Part shown: one piece after another, positions 16,660 through 20,000 of the stretch
How the letters are laid out: every line of letters begins with the position of its first letter
How positions within the stretch are numbered: position 1 is the first letter of the stretch
Virus record (IMG/VR): IMGVR_UViG_3300020045_011964
Source of the DNA: an uncultured virus (IMG/VR IMGVR_UViG_3300020045_011964)
Lineage: Duplodnaviria > Heunggongvirae > Uroviricota > Caudoviricetes
DNA length: 20,000 nt
Strand: one strand, 5' to 3'
Notes under the pieces: generated by a model
Database searches by the model: none
What the model was told of the DNA's origin: nothing
Seen by the model: only the letters and a program-made list of their open reading frames with translations
Program-made: the position numbers and the translations under genes

Positions 16660-16938
16660 TTACGATGGAATTAAGGATTTGTCAGTCCTTTCTTTTTGAC
16701 AATCATTTTCATCATCAATTATATGTTGTCGCCACTCTCTCGCCAATCGTTGTTGCACATAATCCTCGTCAAAATCCATTAAACCTTTCTGCCGTCCACA
16801 ATTTCGGCAATGATATGGATAAATAGGCGGTGACATATCCAAAACCACCCCATCTTCCTTAAAACTCATTCGATTGCCGCATTTTGGGCAACTGTAATAT
16901 TTGATTTTCAGTTCTTCCACTTCTTCATTTCTCCGCAT
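16660..16938 (-). CDS. Small zinc-ribbon protein (92 aa)
   Basis: CPKCG...PPIYPYHCRNCG motif. SD AAGGAG. Confidence 0.8.
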   Translation of the reverse strand: MRRNEEVEELKIKYYSCPKCGNRMSFKEDGVVLDMSPPIYPYHCRNCGRQKGLMDFDEDYVQQRLAREWRQHIIDDENDCQKERTDKSLIPS

Positions 16939-16948
16939 TTATTCTCCT

Positions 16949-17137
16949 TTAGCTTTTTTGACAATCATTCTCCATTATTTGTTCAAGGCGATTCCACAAC
17001 GCCTTTCCTTCCCTTCGGGTTAAATGCTTTTCCCGGCGATAATGGTTGATTGTATTCCGTCTGAACCGCCACCGGCGAAATGAAGCATACGCTTTATTAT
17101 AATAAGCAAGCACACAGGTTATGTAATTACTTTGCAT
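16949..17137 (-). CDS. Small basic hypothetical protein (62 aa)
   Basis: SD AAGGAG. Start overlaps the upstream ORF end. Confidence 0.6.
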   Translation of the reverse strand: MQSNYITCVLAYYNKAYASFRRWRFRRNTINHYRREKHLTRREGKALWNRLEQIMENDCQKS

Positions 17138-17339
17138 TTATTCTCCTTCTTTTTTTAATAAACTTTTTCAAACCCCGTCGCGATTTACCTAGCGGATACC
17201 CCTTTTGCCGATACTCAATTATAACTAAATGAGCAGCCAAACCGGTCATCAGTCTGACACTGACCGGTTGTTCGTTATGAGTGACAACCGCGCCGGACAG
17301 CTCATTAACAGCATTGGTAACTAATCCTTGATAAACCAT
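17127..17339 (-). CDS. Small basic hypothetical protein (70 aa)
   Basis: Overlaps the terminase 3' end and the next gene start, in the manner of translational coupling. Confidence 0.5.
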   Translation of the reverse strand: MVYQGLVTNAVNELSGAVVTHNEQPVSVRLMTGLAAHLVIIEYRQKGYPLGKSRRGLKKFIKKRRRINAK

Positions 17340-20000
17340 AAAAAATCGTCCTCATTACCTGCATCTTCTTCTAAAAAATCTTTGCCGAACTTTTCTTCCA
17401 GATCAAGTTTGGCAAGCATTGATGCCGCCGCCACTCTCTGCTGAATAGCGTGTGTCATTGTTCCTTCCCTCTGAATTTTTTCCAGATCGTGAGGAAAGTA
17501 TTTTTTCACGGCAAGATCAATTTCTTCTTCCTTTGTATAGGACTCCGCATAAGTTCTGAACCGGTAACAAAGGATTCTCAGGCAATCAATGACCTGTCCG
17601 ATCTGTGTCGGTTCGCCCTTATCGTTAAACCCCCACGTTTGAATTTCCTGCCGGGCGTGATAAAAACTTTGGGGTTCGTTTTCGTTCTCAATTGACGCAC
17701 CGTAAAAATATTTGTCATCAACAATAAAATAAAGATGTGCGCCTTCGGTGCTTCGCTCAAACGGATGATTCTCGCCGGTCGGCATCAGATACCAGTTCAT
17801 TTCTTCGTGACCGGCTAAATTATCCTCTTTGAAAACCGCCACTTTATACGGCAATTTATCACAGATAGTCGAGTGATACTGCTCACTATCACCGTGGAGA
17901 TAAATAACCGGTTCGGTCTCTGTCTGCCATTTTGTCAGACACTTTTTTAACCAATCAAAAAGCGCATACATATTCGCGTCATAGCGTTTGTATTCATCCA
18001 GAACAAACAGTGATTCAGGACAATCCGAATAAGCGGGTGCGCGGGCAACAATAACGGCAGAAGTCGGTTTGGATTGGTCGTTATTGATTTTAACAGCAGC
18101 ATAAACCGCGAACTTGGGCGGCAAAGTAAAGGTTTCCGAACCTTTCCCGAACTTCTCCATAAATTCCGATACCTTGATAAAATTCCGTTGCCATTTATAG
18201 TTTTTAACCACCGTTCCGCGAGTCAGAATTTCGTGCAAAGCATTATAACCATCCCCCGTCGCATCGGCAATGTCATCGTATTGATCCTCTCCCCCCAAAC
18301 CAAAGTCACGAAGCTCTTTCTTAACCTCTTTGTTCCAATTATTGCCGTCCGCATCGTCAGCCACGATAGCCATTCCAACCAATCCTTCATTGACCGCAAC
18401 CGAAAAATTATAAGCACGTTGTTTTTTCGCACCGGATGTCGGACGACCGACAACGGTATGGTTTTTCAAGTCCTGTTGAATGTAATAAACGGTTGAACGT
18501 CCTGCTGCGCCGGGATCAATCGGCACAACAACAATACAATTAGTTCCGTCCTGTTCAGCCAGATATTTTTGGGCACGAACCCGTTCGGCGGTATCAACTT
18601 GTTTGCGGTAAACGTCAAAAATTACCACCCGGCCTGACGCGGTAATACCCATTTTTGCGCCAACCGAATAATCACCGTCATTATCGGTAGCGGCAAAATC
18701 CCAACTGCGAACCATTGCGATACACTCTTTTTCAAGTTCTTTAATTTCTTCGGATGTGAGCATCTTGATCTTACCGACATTAAAGAAATCACCGAATTCC
18801 GACGACGGTCTGCCTTGAAACATTGACAACCAGACACGGTTATTTTTTCTGGATTTATCGTAATAATGAGGCGGCCTGACTTCCGGCCAGATATATTCAC
18901 CAACCTGTCTGCCGATTGGATCGTCAAACCGCTTACCCGTTTCTTCGTGGATGTAGGGTCCGTCGTAAAGAGTCGCATACCGCCAATAATCAAAATCCCC
19001 CGTGTCTAAGAGGTATCCTGCGAGATCGTCGCAATTATGAACCGTCATCCCGCAGGAAATAAAATCGTGACAAGGTGTAGTAATATCCCATACATCACCT
19101 TCATATTCTTCAATTTCAATAGATTTAACCCGCACATACAAAAAATCCTTATCTAACTGAAAAAAACGCGGAAGTGCTTCGTGAGTTTCTTCGCCATTTC
19201 TTAAAAGCCACGGTGCTTGATAAACCGCAACTCGCAATTCGTAAGCTGGATATTTAGACTGAATTGAACTTTCAGGTTTATTTGGATACAACTTTCCGCC
19301 AACAATGGAAGCGATTAAACCCAACTTTAAACATAATCGCTGAAACCCTTTAATTAGAGGAAGGGAACAGGAAGAAAATCGTGCTAAATCTATCTTTCCA
19401 TCCTTTTCATTTTTACTTAAACAGCCGTCTCCCGCCAAATAACCCTTTAATAATTGCTGTGCCAATGTTGGCGGCAAAGTAACCGCCCATTCGGGTAAAA
19501 ATTTATTGATTGCTCCGCATCCGAACTGTTTAACAAAGGCAACCATCTGTTTTGATGAAAATTGCAATTTAACGACTTTCTTATCGGTCTTATCAGGATA
19601 AACACTTAAAGGAATGTCGTATTTGGCTAAAAATTCCCGCACGTCCTCAACAATGTATTGCTCAGTTTCCGAATTGACCGCTAAACCAATATGCTCTTTA
19701 GTCTGCTTACCTTTTCGATTAACCCATCCATCCGAAAGCCAATAGCCGAGAAAACGCCAAAAGGCAGGGTCAAGAACAGGGTTTTCACTGAATTTATGAG
19801 CGTGCGTGCGATTCAAACCCCAAAGTGTAACGTATCTCTGCATTGCCTGACCTGATTTATAGCCAAGTTTGTCAGCAATTTGTTGGCAAGTCATCCCTGA
19901 TTGATACATTTTGGTAAATTCTTCCTGATTAACCTTGTTTTTTTCGCCGGTATTTCTGGAAGGATAAGCAACCCTCGGTTTAGGCGCGTCCGGCCATAGT
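17321..20000 (-). CDS. terL: Terminase large subunit, intein-containing, 5' end outside the window
   Basis: The frame is open from the edge (LWPDAPKPRVAYPS...). After the intein: CDDLAGYLL (from the TRWHxDDLAG motif), DPIGRQVGEYIWPE, WLSMFQGRP, nuclease motifs RSWDFAAT...DYSVG, IDPGAAG and DDIADA. These are Terminase_6/6C-type features. Confidence 0.93.
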   Translation of the reverse strand, partial: LWPDAPKPRVAYPSRNTGEKNKVNQEEFTKMYQSGMTCQQIADKLGYKSGQAMQRYVTLWGLNRTHAHKFSENPVLDPAFWRFLGYWLSDGWVNRKGKQTKEHIGLAVNSETEQYIVEDVREFLAKYDIPLSVYPDKTDKKVVKLQFSSKQMVAFVKQFGCGAINKFLPEWAVTLPPTLAQQLLKGYLAGDGCLSKNEKDGKIDLARFSSCSLPLIKGFQRLCLKLGLIASIVGGKLYPNKPESSIQSKYPAYELRVAVYQAPWLLRNGEETHEALPRFFQLDKDFLYVRVKSIEIEEYEGDVWDITTPCHDFISCGMTVHNCDDLAGYLLDTGDFDYWRYATLYDGPYIHEETGKRFDDPIGRQVGEYIWPEVRPPHYYDKSRKNNRVWLSMFQGRPSSEFGDFFNVGKIKMLTSEEIKELEKECIAMVRSWDFAATDNDGDYSVGAKMGITASGRVVIFDVYRKQVDTAERVRAQKYLAEQDGTNCIVVVPIDPGAAGRSTVYYIQQDLKNHTVVGRPTSGAKKQRAYNFSVAVNEGLVGMAIVADDADGNNWNKEVKKELRDFGLGGEDQYDDIADATGDGYNALHEILTRGTVVKNYKWQRNFIKVSEFMEKFGKGSETFTLPPKFAVYAAVKINNDQSKPTSAVIVARAPAYSDCPESLFVLDEYKRYDANMYALFDWLKKCLTKWQTETEPVIYLHGDSEQYHSTICDKLPYKVAVFKEDNLAGHEEMNWYLMPTGENHPFERSTEGAHLYFIVDDKYFYGASIENENEPQSFYHARQEIQTWGFNDKGEPTQIGQVIDCLRILCYRFRTYAESYTKEEEIDLAVKKYFPHDLEKIQREGTMTHAIQQRVAAASMLAKLDLEEKFGKDFLEEDAGNEDDFLWFIKD
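19034..20000 (-). mobile_element. Intein with LAGLIDADG homing endonuclease (N-terminal splice junction off-window)
   Basis: LAGLIDADG blocks FLGYWLSDGWV and LLKGYLAGDGC. Block F VWDITT. Block G VHN/C, with the Asn codon at 19036-19034 and Cys+1 at 19033-19031. Confidence 0.95.

Noticed and set aside
7270..18993. Numerous other short + strand and alternate-frame ORFs in the track (e.g. 7270-7788, 12237-12770, 18074-18496)
   Set aside because: They lie almost entirely within long minus-strand genes and show no recognisable motifs.
1..20000. Alternative genetic code, tRNA/rRNA genes, host assignment
   Set aside because: TAA, TAG and TGA all terminate genes in a densely packed standard-code map. 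No tRNA or rRNA was recognised by eye, and nothing in the window identifies the host.

Overview
The window is the DNA-packaging and virion-morphogenesis module of a tailed dsDNA phage or prophage, with essentially all real genes on the minus strand. In transcription order (right to left): a 5'-truncated large terminase interrupted by a LAGLIDADG intein and apparently ending in a second, degenerate nuclease-like domain; three tiny accessory ORFs; a ~470-bp regulatory region with divergent sigma70-like promoters, terminators and a long RNA stem; two small ORFs; a large portal (884 aa, with a zinc-ribbon insert); scaffold; major capsid protein; a structured intergenic RNA followed by a 72-aa Acb2/Tad1-like protein; head-completion/adaptor and fibre-like genes; and a free-standing HNH endonuclease running off the left edge (absent from the ORF track). 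Portal-scaffold-capsid with no protease suggests P22/podovirus-like assembly (inference). The most interesting observations are: (1) a candidate anti-defence nucleotide sponge right behind the capsid gene whose ribosome-binding site can be sequestered by an upstream pseudoknot/switch-like RNA; (2) a terminase with tandem nuclease-like domains; (3) two unrelated mini-genes bounded by identical 15-bp start and end sequences; (4) a promoter-terminator-stem leader suggestive of antitermination control. All family assignments come from motif recognition by eye; no searches were run.
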